Assembly: GCA_964537215.1 (NCBI GenBank)
Contig: CAZIBI010000002.1
Location: forward strand, 64,001-128,000
Length of the DNA: 64,000 nt
Reading direction: 5' to 3'
From: an uncultured Ignavibacteria bacterium
GTDB taxonomy: Bacteria; Zixibacteria; MSB-5A5; CAIYYT01
Position numbers and translations under genes: made by a program. This document shows, in pieces, positions 8,262 through 16,166 of the stretch. Within the stretch, counting starts at the first letter, position 1. The number at the start of each line of letters is the position of its first letter. The notes beneath the pieces are model-generated. The model saw nothing but the letters and a program-made list of their open reading frames with translations. It searched no databases and had not been told where the DNA came from.

Positions 8262-8510
8262 GCCTCCCGACTCCACCATTTTTCCCGAGTCCTTTCTTCC
8301 TGCGCTTGGCGTCATTATATTGTGGGTGCGCCAAGCGCTGGAGCTTGGAAAGGACTCGGCTTTGCCGGTCGGCTCGGAAGCCGACATCGCCGCCGCTTAG
8401 CTTTTTGGTGGGTGCGGCGGCTCGGCGTCGGTCGGCGGCCATCCAACGGAGTTGGTCGTTTTAGCGGAGCCGTTGTCTGGCCTTGACGAAAAATGGTGGA
8501 GTCGGGAGGC
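8262..8510. repeat. Nested inverted repeats (large imperfect palindrome/cruciform) in a GC-rich intergenic region.
   Basis: Outer perfect 23-bp inverted repeat: gcctcccgactccaccatttttc (~8262-8284) and gaaaaatggtggagtcgggaggc (~8488-8510). Inner 12-bp inverted repeat: ccgagtcctttc (~8285-8296) and gaaaggactcgg (~8348-8359). Innermost 10-bp inverted repeat: gcgcttggcg (~8302-8311) and cgccaagcgc (~8329-8338), with the AT-rich loop tcattatattgtgggtg. Two further hairpins lie inside: gtcggct-cgga-agccgac (~8368-8388) and gccgccgc...gcggcggc (~8390-8430). Confidence 0.8.
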
Positions 8511-8622
8511 ATCGCGTGGCTATCACCCCGCCGTTGCGGCGAGGTTCCCGCGCCCCCTGCTCGTTGCCGACCCGGGGCGCGGAGCCACGCGGCCTCCGAC
8601 GAACGCGCGCAGAGAAAGACAG

Positions 8623-9771
8623 ATGAGGGAAGAGGACAGTTTGAAAGACCTACCGCTAAAGAGAAAACTGAAGGCATTCCGACCGAACGGACGCGATCGT
8701 TCGATCCTGCAGTATGTCGCCGACTATCGGTTCATGAGCATTGAGTTGCTCGCGGCGTTGATCGTTGCGCCGCCGGTACCGGGACGCACGTATGGATTCA
8801 GCGAATCGGCGCTCCGGGCACGATGTCAAAAGCTTCGAGATAATGACTTTCTTAACTGGCAATTTTTGCATGACTTGCCTACAGGTCGGGGTTTGCATAC
8901 CGAGCGACCAGCGGTGTACTCCATTGGTCCGGCGGCGCTCGATCTCTTAGAAGAAGAATTCGGCTTCAGCCGCGAGCAACTCAAGCAGTCGCTCGAGAAG
9001 AACAAACTGAGCTCAATGTTTCTCCGCCATTTCCTGATGATCAGCAAGTTCCATGTTTGCTTGGAACTGGCGTGCCGTCAAACCGCCAACGGCGGTATTG
9101 ATGCCGGCGTCGCCGGAGATCTCTCCGGTATGACGGTTGAAATTGGCACTTGGCTACAGGACGGACTGGTTGACCGCGTTCGTGTTACAGTCGGCGACGT
9201 AGTCGAGACGATACCGGTGGTGCCGGATGCTGTTTTCAATCTGGTCATTCGCAAATCAGACGGCTCGGTTACGGTGAAACATTTTGCGCTCGAGGCGGAC
9301 AGGGGGACGATGCCGATGCGGAGCATTACGAAGAAAGCAACTGGCTATTGGCAGTACATCCGGCGGGGATTGCAAAAACGCCGATATACATACTATGGAG
9401 AACATGGCGCGGGACCGGAATTGCGGGTTGTCAATCCGAACTTGAAATGGGATGCGATTCCAAAGGGCGAGCAAGAGAACATTCTGCGATACGGGATCGA
9501 TGATCTAACAGTCTTATTTGTCACCCGTGGGGAATCGCCTGACGTGAAGTCCCTGAAGGAGAAGTCCCAGCTCACACGCAAGCGCCAGAGCAGTATCCTT
9601 GAGGCGGTAAGACGGGTAGAAGGTATCGATCCATCTTCCGACACGTTCGTCTTTTGTACTGAAGGATTGGATTTCGATGTAAAAAGCGCGGCAGCGTTAT
9701 TCGAATCGATTTGGCAATCGTGTCGTGAAGAGCCCCTCAGATCGAAGTTGATACCAACCCGTGCGGAGTGA
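8623..9771 (+). CDS. Replication-relaxation (Replic_Relax-like) family protein, paralog 2.
   Basis: RDRSILQYVADYRFMSIELLAALIV...FLNWQFLH parallels the N-terminus of paralog 1. The listed ORF starts at 8452 inside the palindrome, so the internal Met (MREEDSLKDL) is chosen as start. Confidence 0.55.
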   Translation: MREEDSLKDLPLKRKLKAFRPNGRDRSILQYVADYRFMSIELLAALIVAPPVPGRTYGFSESALRARCQKLRDNDFLNWQFLHDLPTGRGLHTERPAVYSIGPAALDLLEEEFGFSREQLKQSLEKNKLSSMFLRHFLMISKFHVCLELACRQTANGGIDAGVAGDLSGMTVEIGTWLQDGLVDRVRVTVGDVVETIPVVPDAVFNLVIRKSDGSVTVKHFALEADRGTMPMRSITKKATGYWQYIRRGLQKRRYTYYGEHGAGPELRVVNPNLKWDAIPKGEQENILRYGIDDLTVLFVTRGESPDVKSLKEKSQLTRKRQSSILEAVRRVEGIDPSSDTFVFCTEGLDFDVKSAAALFESIWQSCREEPLRSKLIPTRAE

Positions 9772-9858
9772 TCTCAAGTCATCCAAACCCGGTCGCAAAT
9801 TTTTGTGAAAACAATCACGTGAATCCTAAAAAAAATTGACAACATTTGTCGATTCTTC

Positions 9859-9887
9859 TTGCTTTTCTTGGAAACTGGGATTATCAT
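9859..9887 (+). promoter_or_regulatory. Candidate sigma70-like promoter (ttgctt -35, 17 nt spacer, tatcat -10).
   Basis: Sequence inspection only. It lies in a 0.75 kb ORF-free region. A second candidate (ttgaca at 10082-10087, taatta -10) follows the terminator. Confidence 0.25.
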
Positions 9888-9894
9888 CGCATAC

Positions 9895-10072
9895 GTGGTA
9901 ACCGGCACTAGCTCAGAGCTCAAATCGGCGCGTTCGTTGCGCCCCGAGGAGGGTTGATCTGGTGTTCAGAGGAGATTAACCACAAACAGAGGAGGAATTA
10001 CGATCCTCTCTAGCGCTTTTCGCTCATTATTACTTTGATTGGTCGCGGCCGGGAAACTGGCCGCTTTTTTTA
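9895..10072 (+). ncRNA. Candidate small transcript (~180 nt) running from the promoter-like element to an intrinsic terminator. Function unknown.
   Basis: No ORF is listed in 9772-10519. The terminator at 10045-10072 is clear. Internal complementarity exists (gaggagg...cctctc). Confidence 0.2.
10045..10072 (+). terminator. Rho-independent terminator.
   Basis: gcggccgg-gaaa-ctggccgc stem followed by ttttttt. Confidence 0.65.
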
Positions 10073-10223
10073 TGAAATGTCTTGACAAGACCGTCAATCC
10101 AACGCTAATTAAAGCAACCAATCAAAGTAATCTCGTGGATTTCCCACACATCCTTTAAGTATGTCCAATTGTTACGCGCGGTTTTCATGCTTTCCGTGTG
10201 CGGTTTTGAAGAAAACCATCCAT

Positions 10224-10274
10224 AAAAAAGCACCCCGACTAGAGAATGCTTTGCACACAAGGCTCCAGTCGGGG
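10224..10274 (-). terminator. Possible minus-strand intrinsic terminator.
   Basis: The hairpin ccccgact ...(27 nt)... agtcgggg is followed by a T-run on the minus strand (the plus strand has aaaaaag upstream). The large loop makes this uncertain. Confidence 0.3.
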
Positions 10275-10655
10275 CTCACAGCAGAACGCTGCTTAATCGG
10301 TTAAGATAGCTGTTTTATTTTTCATGTCCACATGAATTTTAGAACAGGCTGTTTTTGCCGTCAAGCCTGCCGATCTGCGCTTCGTCCACCAAATAGGGCG
10401 AGGCATTCCTCAGTGACACAGCATCCATAGGAGTCAGCAATGCTTCGCTGCAATATGGATATCTATATCGAGGCCGCAATTCCGCTAATCGAAGCTGCAA
10501 TTGTGGTGGTGCCGTCGGATTGGACTGCTTTAGGTCCAGCGAAGGTCGCGTTCTGTTGCTTGTTGACGATCTACATCTTGTCTCGCCGCCGTCAACAGTA
10601 GCAGTTGTCCATCGATTTCTGAATTTGAAACGGATAATTTTGGAGGAAATAACAA

Positions 10656-10876
10656 TGTCTCACAGAGACGACTATGATGACGGATTTGATGACGGTATCG
10701 CTGCCGCCATCATTGGGGGCCTGGCTATTTATGGGGCGTTTAAGATTGTCGAAAAACTCAGGGAAACCCCTGAGCAGCGGCTGCTGAACAACCTTGGTCG
10801 TGATCTCAAGCAGCTTGATTCCGGAGTGTATGACGGGTATGACGACGATGAGGAGGACGAGGATGAGGCCGAGTAA
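10656..10876 (+). CDS. Small acidic membrane protein (73 aa).
   Basis: A good RBS (ttggaggaaataacaATG) is present. It has one hydrophobic helix, AAAIIGGLAIYGAFKIV, and an acidic tail, DDDEEDEDEAE. Confidence 0.4.
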
Positions 10877-11315
10877 GGTTCTCCGTATCGCTCACGAAGT
10901 TTTGGCTATCCGTCGGAAGATCGTTACTTCCCATATTGAGAATCGAAACCGCGTGGCTCTGCAACGATCCGAGATGGAAGTCCAGCTTAACAAGCAAAGA
11001 CTTGAATCCGCCCAATATCGGTTTGGTGTTATCGAACTACTTGCAAAGGTCAAGCAGATGACGCCACCGGCGCCAATCGATCCGGTGGAAGAAATCCAGC
11101 AGCGCGAACGCCGTGTCATGGCGGATTTGTCCGCCAAGGCGAACATTCGCGCCGCCGCCGAGAAGGCACTTCGTGATCAGGCTGCTCAAGCCGCATTTGA
11201 CCGCGCCGACTTCATCGCTCAGGTGAAGCGTGACTTGCCAGAGGAATCTTGGGCGGAGATCATCGACGACTATGACCGCCGCGTGTATGAAAGCACACAA
11301 GAGGAGACGTCGTGA
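10863..11315 (+). CDS. Coiled-coil hypothetical protein (~150 aa).
   Basis: ORF overlaps the previous stop. The sequence is heptad-like and charged. No domain recognised. Confidence 0.35.
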   Translation: MRPSKVLRIAHEVLAIRRKIVTSHIENRNRVALQRSEMEVQLNKQRLESAQYRFGVIELLAKVKQMTPPAPIDPVEEIQQRERRVMADLSAKANIRAAAEKALRDQAAQAAFDRADFIAQVKRDLPEESWAEIIDDYDRRVYESTQEETS

Positions 11316-11650
11316 CGCCGTTTTGTATTGGCGTGGATCGCAACACAGGACGCAGCGTAACGCTGCGTCCAGATGTTCTCTTCGCGCACGGCTTGATAGC
11401 GGGCGGAACAGGCATGGGGAAGAGCCAGCTTGCAAACGCTCTCTGCCGCCATTGTCTGCACGCGGGCATTCCGTTTGTCTATCTTGATCCTCATGGCGAC
11501 ACCTACCACGACCTTGTTGCCTATGCCACTGCCCGTCGGGTCCAGAACCGCCTTGTGACGATTGACGCCAATCTGGCGGCGGATACGTTTGTATTTCCAC
11601 TAAATTTCTGCTGCCGAATGGCTTGGATTCGGCAACGCAGGGAGCGATGA
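11312..11650 (+). CDS. N-terminal fragment (Walker A part) of an FtsK/HerA/TraD-like P-loop ATPase (type IV coupling-protein-like). It is split from the next ORF by an apparent frameshift.
   Basis: GGTGMGKSQLANAL carries the Walker A motif, followed by FVYLDPHGD. The frame ends at 11650 while the next frame opens at ~11604. Confidence 0.5.
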   Translation: MTPFCIGVDRNTGRSVTLRPDVLFAHGLIAGGTGMGKSQLANALCRHCLHAGIPFVYLDPHGDTYHDLVAYATARRVQNRLVTIDANLAADTFVFPLNFCCRMAWIRQRRER

Positions 11651-13092
11651 TCATGAAAGCAATGGCAAAAGTATTTGGCGAACAGGACGCGGAAACGAAG
11701 CCGCGTCTCGAACGCCGTGGGCGGGACACGTTCATTGCCTTGATCGAAGCAGGATTGACGCTTGCCGAAATGCTCGACTTCCTCTCCATCGATGACGATC
11801 GTTTTCGTAAGCACGTGCTTGGCCGAGTTTCGAATCCGTATGTTCGCGCTGAGTGGCAGGAATTTGACTCCATTGCAAGGCGATCAGACCGCGAAGCAAT
11901 GCTCGAGTCGACACTCAATCGCGCCGCCAAAGTCATTCTCAGTGATGCAATCCGACGCGTCTTTGGGACAGCAACGAATAATCTCGATTGGGAGAAAGTT
12001 CGGCGCGAGAATTTGGCGGTAGTTGTCAATCTCCAGCCGCAAAAAGTTGCAAGAGAAGCCCAGCAACTGCTCGGTACAATGCTGCTAGATCACTTGGCGA
12101 ACTACGCCATGCAGCAGACGAAAAGGGAGAATAAGATGTTTGTCATCGCTGACGAAATGGACGAATTGGCTAGTCCCGACTTCGCCTTGATGTTCCAAGC
12201 GTTTCGAAAGCGAGGCATTTTCTGCTGGCCGCTACTGCAGTATTTACAGCAACTGCGTTCGCGTGACGAGTCAAATCGTCTCTACGCGGCCGCAATGACG
12301 TGTTCGGACGTCAAGGTCGTCTTCCGTACATCGTACGAGGATGCGGCGCTTCTGGCGCGCGAACTTTTTCCCGGAGCATTCCGGGGCGACATTGTTAAGG
12401 ACGAGTTATTTCGGACACTGCTTTTGCCTAAGGAGTCGCAGCGTACTGTCGTTGGCTCGTCGGAAAGCGAAAGTGAATCGACGAGTGAGAGTGAGAGCGT
12501 TTCCGAGTTCGAAGGCACCGGCGTTGGCAGCACCAATGTCGACGGTATCGCCAGCGCCGAAGGTCAGACTTTCGGCGGTATGTACGGTGACGTTCTGCAA
12601 TCGTCCGAGCTATCAAGCCTGAACAGTGTTTCCGGTGCCTCCTCCTCATCGATGTCAGGTTCGACTCGATCTTCTTCAACCACCCGCAGTCATTCACGCG
12701 GCCACTCCCGGTCCAAGGCAGTTGTTCCGTTCTATGAATATGAACACGCCAAAGAGTTGGGTGGACGGCAGTATTTCAGTGTCGAAGAGGAATTGGAAAA
12801 GCGAATCTATGCTATCCAAAGCCAGGTGCGGCGCGAAGCGATCCTGAAAGTAGGAAACGCACCGGCAATTCACATTCTCACAACGTTCATCAAGCCGGTG
12901 CGCATTCGACCGCAGGATCTGCAGAGAACATTCGACCTGCTCGCGCGGAAATATGCACTGCCGGTTGAAGTCGTCGATGCCGCGATTGCGGAACGTCGGC
13001 GGCTTGCAGTTTCGACATCGGCGGGTGATATCGGCGTCGACAACAAGCAGATTGTCGCCTATCTCTTCAAACCGCAAAGGAGGAAACGATGA
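11623..13092 (+). CDS. C-terminal part of the FtsK/HerA/TraD-like ATPase (Walker B region) with a Ser/Glu-rich low-complexity tail.
   Basis: MFVIADEMDELAS is the Walker B DExx motif. The low-complexity segment SSESESESTSESESVSE...SSSSMSGSTRSSSTTRSHSRGHSRSK follows. Confidence 0.55.
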   Translation: MDSATQGAMIMKAMAKVFGEQDAETKPRLERRGRDTFIALIEAGLTLAEMLDFLSIDDDRFRKHVLGRVSNPYVRAEWQEFDSIARRSDREAMLESTLNRAAKVILSDAIRRVFGTATNNLDWEKVRRENLAVVVNLQPQKVAREAQQLLGTMLLDHLANYAMQQTKRENKMFVIADEMDELASPDFALMFQAFRKRGIFCWPLLQYLQQLRSRDESNRLYAAAMTCSDVKVVFRTSYEDAALLARELFPGAFRGDIVKDELFRTLLLPKESQRTVVGSSESESESTSESESVSEFEGTGVGSTNVDGIASAEGQTFGGMYGDVLQSSELSSLNSVSGASSSSMSGSTRSSSTTRSHSRGHSRSKAVVPFYEYEHAKELGGRQYFSVEEELEKRIYAIQSQVRREAILKVGNAPAIHILTTFIKPVRIRPQDLQRTFDLLARKYALPVEVVDAAIAERRRLAVSTSAGDIGVDNKQIVAYLFKPQRRKR

Positions 13093-13277
13093 AACGGGAA
13101 CGCGAATTTTTGAGTAAACGGGAAGTCGCTGAGATGTTGAATTTGAGCATCTTTACAATCGATTCTTGGGTTTCGCAACGGCGCGAAATACCATTTATCA
13201 AGATGGGAAGGAACGTCAGGTTTGACATTCGAGATGTCCGAGCCTGGCTAGAGAAGCGGAAGTTCAACCCCGAGTAA
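13089..13277 (+). CDS. Excisionase/AlpA-like helix-turn-helix protein (Xis-like).
   Basis: LSKREVAEMLNLSIFTIDSWVSQRREIPFIKMGRNVRFDIRDVRAWL fits the MerR/Xis-type HTH pattern. A strong RBS (aggagg) is present and the gene sits immediately upstream of the integrase. Confidence 0.65.
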   Translation: MKREREFLSKREVAEMLNLSIFTIDSWVSQRREIPFIKMGRNVRFDIRDVRAWLEKRKFNPE

Positions 13278-13349
13278 TGCGTTTTGGACGACGCCGGTCG
13301 GAATATCATTGCTGACCGGCGTTTTTTTGTGCTTATTGGCAAGAATTGG

Positions 13350-14465
13350 ATGGAAACTATGGCAGTCATCAAGCGCGGAAATACTTGGTACATTGACTAC
13401 TACAGCGGCGGCAGGCGCTTCCGGGAGGCCATCGGCTCCAACCGGAAAATGGCCGAGCGCGTGTTGGCGAAGCGGCAAGTTGAAATCGCCGAAGGCCGCT
13501 TCCTCGACGTCAAGAAGCAGTCAACGGCGACGTTTGACGACATCGCGAAATCGTTCATGGAGTACTCGCACAGTAACAAATTGTCCTTCGAGCGCGACGA
13601 ACGCTGCATCAAGCTGCTGCGCGAACACTTCGGCGGCAAGATACTCGACGAGATTACGCCACTGGAAATCGAGAAGTACAAGTCGGCGCGCCGGAAGATT
13701 GTCGGACCGGCCACCGTCAACAAGGAACTCGCATGTTTCAAGACGATGTTCTCCAAAGCGGTCATCTGGGGTTTGGCGAATCAAAATCCGGTGAAGAAAG
13801 TTTCGATGTTTCGCGAGCCGCCCGGCAGGGTGCGATTTCTTTCTCGCGAAGAAATTAGACGCTTACTGAGCGAGGCGGCCGATCACATTCGACCAATCAT
13901 CATCGTCGCGTTGTTCACCGGTATGCGGAAGAGCGAAATCCTCAAATTGACATGGAAAGACATCGACTTCAACCTACGGCTCATCTATGTTCGCAACTCC
14001 AAGAATAACTCGGCCCGCGAAATACCAATGGCCAGGGAAGTCGTCACCGCACTGCAATCCATACCGGTGTCGAAAGGTCGAGTCTTCACCAGCAGCGACG
14101 ACCGGCCGGTTTCGAGCATTCGCACAGGATTTGATAACGCTGTCAAGCGAGCGCAGATTTCGGATTTTTCATTTCACGATATCAGACATACTTTTGCGTC
14201 GTACCTTGTGATGAACGGTGTTGAATTGTTTACCGTGAAGGAACTACTCGGTCACAAATCGATTTCGATGACGACAAGGTATTCCCATTTGAGTCCGGCG
14301 CATAAAGGGCGCGCCGTTGAGACGCTCGATTTTCTGGGTAGTCACAAATTGGTCACAAACAGTGACACCAAGGTTGCGCAAGACAAGCTAAATCGTTATC
14401 GTTCAACAATTGCCGGAGTGGCGAAATTGGTAGACGCAAGGGACTTAAAATCCCTCGTGTGGTGA
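13350..14465 (+). CDS. Tyrosine site-specific integrase (phage-integrase family).
   Basis: The arm-binding-like N-terminus is VIKRGNTWYIDYYSGGRRFRE. The catalytic region is ...FHDIRHTFASYLVMNGVELFTVKELLGHKSISMTTRYSHL (R...HxxR...Y). The C-terminal ~18 codons are encoded by the 5' half of tRNA-Leu. Confidence 0.9.
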   Translation: METMAVIKRGNTWYIDYYSGGRRFREAIGSNRKMAERVLAKRQVEIAEGRFLDVKKQSTATFDDIAKSFMEYSHSNKLSFERDERCIKLLREHFGGKILDEITPLEIEKYKSARRKIVGPATVNKELACFKTMFSKAVIWGLANQNPVKKVSMFREPPGRVRFLSREEIRRLLSEAADHIRPIIIVALFTGMRKSEILKLTWKDIDFNLRLIYVRNSKNNSAREIPMAREVVTALQSIPVSKGRVFTSSDDRPVSSIRTGFDNAVKRAQISDFSFHDIRHTFASYLVMNGVELFTVKELLGHKSISMTTRYSHLSPAHKGRAVETLDFLGSHKLVTNSDTKVAQDKLNRYRSTIAGVAKLVDARDLKSLVW

Positions 14466-14497
14466 CACACGTACCGGTTCGATTCCGGTCTCCGGCA
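14412..14497 (+). tRNA. tRNA-Leu (anticodon UAA), type II with a long variable arm. No encoded CCA.
   Basis: Manual fold: acceptor GCCGGAG/CTCCGGC. D-arm GCG-AAATTGGTAGA-CGC. Anticodon arm AGGGA-CTTAAAA-TCCCT. Variable arm GTGTG-gtga-CACAC. T-arm ACCGG-TTCGATT-CCGGT. Discriminator A. Confidence 0.9.
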
Positions 14498-14537
14498 TAT
14501 TGTAAATGGGACAAATCTAGATTGCTGAATTGGGAGA

Positions 14538-15239
14538 TTACTTCTTCTTGGAGTAGTACTGCCCATAGTACTCGTTGCCGTAATGATAGGGAAGGGCGCC
14601 CTGCACATTGTTCAGGATCAACCCAATGATATTCGCTTCGGCTTTGGTTATAATATCGCGCGCACGTTGAACGACTTCCTTTTGCGTCCGGCCGGCGCGA
14701 ATGACCATTACAACACCGTCCACCGATGAAGAAATAATCGCCGGATCCGACACCGGAATAATCGGCGCGCAATCCACGAACACCAAATCGAAGCTAAATT
14801 CCGCCCGCTCGATCACTTTCCGGACCATGTCCTCGCGGATCATCTCCGTCGGGTTGCCCTCGGCGCTTCCGGCCGGCATTAGCCAGAGATTCTCCAAACG
14901 TGTCGATTTGAGCGTCGCTTCAAATTCAGCCTGCTCGGTCAACATCTCCGCAAAGCCCACGTTATTGTCTACGCCGAACATCTCGTGGACAACCGGGCGG
15001 CGCAAGTCGGAATCGATCAGAAGCGTCTTGCTTTTTTTGTGGTGTGCGGAAGTAATGGCCAGCAGCGCTGCTATCGTCGATTTGCCTTCGCCAGTAATTG
15101 CCGAAGTCACAAGAATCGAACGGGGCGTCACGCCTTTGATTGGTCGAGTGACGTTATGCAGTAGCCGCCGCAGCTCGGTACCGGCTACGGAATCAAACTT
15201 ATAGTAATCGAGAATCGACGGTTGCTTTTCCTTTGCCAT
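14538..15239 (-). CDS. Cytoplasmic BY-kinase (CpsD/Wze/EpsG-like tyrosine-protein kinase ATPase domain) without a transmembrane activator domain.
   Basis: ILVTSAITGEGKSTIAALLA carries Walker A, LLIDSDLRRP Walker A' and VFVDCAPI Walker B. The C-terminal Tyr-rich tail is YHYGNEYYGQYYSKKK. Confidence 0.8.
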   Translation of the reverse strand: MAKEKQPSILDYYKFDSVAGTELRRLLHNVTRPIKGVTPRSILVTSAITGEGKSTIAALLAITSAHHKKSKTLLIDSDLRRPVVHEMFGVDNNVGFAEMLTEQAEFEATLKSTRLENLWLMPAGSAEGNPTEMIREDMVRKVIERAEFSFDLVFVDCAPIIPVSDPAIISSSVDGVVMVIRAGRTQKEVVQRARDIITKAEANIIGLILNNVQGALPYHYGNEYYGQYYSKKK

Positions 15240-15520
15240 AATCTCTATGCTTCCATTCCGTATCAGGTGTACCCGTTCCGCTTTCGGGCGAATCCATTCG
15301 CAAGTAGGAATCGGGATTCCGGTGGTTATGATAATAATTCGGCAGAAACTGTCAAAACATAATAACTACCGAAGCGCGGCAAACATTTGTTTCAGTTTCG
15401 TTGTTGCCGGGTACCATTCGACCGATATATTAACGAATCAAATGACCAAACTCGCAATAGTATCATCAGGAACAGTTTTAGTGGTCGGCAACAGTACAAA
15501 CGCGGACTTTGTGGAGTAAT

Positions 15521-16123
15521 ATGGCAACCGTCAAAGCAAAAGGCGCATTTAGGGAGGATCTTGAAAAGTTCTACCGAGTCCAATTCGGCAGTTCAAAGGC
15601 TTCGCTCGCCCGGAAGCTGCGGATGTGGTTCAGGCATTTCGGGCTCCACTGCGTAGCTGTTTATCGCTTCGGCAAGATGGCGGAACGGATTTCCCGGAAG
15701 AATCGTCTGCTCGGGCTGCCGTTCAAGATCCCGCATGTTTTCCTGAATCTCTCGATGCAGTTCTTTCATCACGTCAATATTGATGATGCTACTATCGGTC
15801 CGGGGTTCTTCATCGGTCATGTCGGTACAATTTATATCGGTCCGGTCGCGATCGGAGAGAACTTTAGCGTGACTCACAATGTAACTATTGGTGTTGGTCA
15901 CTCTGAAGGCAAGGTCGGCATTCCGACGATTGGTGACAATGTCTGGATCGGAACCGGCTCGGTTGTCTCCGGTGCGATTACCGTCGGAAGTGGCGTCACT
16001 ATCGCCAACGGCACCATGCTGACACGAAGTGTGCCCGATGGCAGCCTTGTTGCCGGTAATCCGGGACGAGTGGTCATGAACAACTTTGACAATAGCGAAC
16101 TTCTGACCGTTCGAGAGCAATAG
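15521..16123 (+). CDS. Hexapeptide-repeat (left-handed beta-helix) O-acetyltransferase, serine-acetyltransferase-like.
   Basis: IGPGFFIGHVGTIYIGPVAIGENFSVTHNVTIGVG...IGDNVWIGTGSVVSGAITVGSGVTIANGTML are hexapeptide repeats. Confidence 0.7.
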   Translation: MATVKAKGAFREDLEKFYRVQFGSSKASLARKLRMWFRHFGLHCVAVYRFGKMAERISRKNRLLGLPFKIPHVFLNLSMQFFHHVNIDDATIGPGFFIGHVGTIYIGPVAIGENFSVTHNVTIGVGHSEGKVGIPTIGDNVWIGTGSVVSGAITVGSGVTIANGTMLTRSVPDGSLVAGNPGRVVMNNFDNSELLTVREQ

Positions 16124-16166
16124 TGGAATGTAACACTTGGGTGTACAAGCATCATAGTTTCAGGTA

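Larger units (their letters stand above)
1040..14497. mobile_element. Integrated mobile/accessory region next to tRNA-Leu. It holds two recombinases (serine and tyrosine), Xis, an FtsK/TraD-like ATPase, Replic_Relax paralogs, a RuvC-like resolvase and defence-type cargo. The left boundary is not identifiable and may lie outside the window.
   Basis: Gene content as annotated. A tRNA sits at the right edge. GC-rich sub-segments (~7050-9780) contrast with the flanking DNA. No duplicated tRNA fragment was found, so the extent is uncertain. Confidence 0.45.

Noticed and set aside
8452-8622. Listed ORF start at 8452 for the second Replic_Relax gene
   Set aside because: The first 57 codons run through the nested palindrome and GC-rich hairpins with an Arg/Pro/Ala-biased translation. 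The internal Met at 8623 precedes the conserved family N-terminus, so the upstream extension is probably not translated.
9895-9975. tRNA-like string (cactagctcagagc resembles a tRNA D-loop)
   Set aside because: No T-loop (GTTCGAATC-like) and no acceptor-stem pairing could be formed, so it is not a tRNA.
11037-12029. 330-aa minus-strand ORF overlapping the TraD-like gene; similar long antisense ORFs at 52285-53208, 26696-27271 and 6685-7491
   Set aside because: These are shadow ORFs on the strand opposite clearly homologous genes in GC-rich DNA. They have no motifs and low-complexity Arg/Ser-rich translations.
12430-12720. Low-complexity DNA repeat (gagagtgagagc...) as a satellite or CRISPR-like repeat
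   Set aside because: It is in-frame coding sequence for the Ser/Glu-rich tail of the TraD-like protein.
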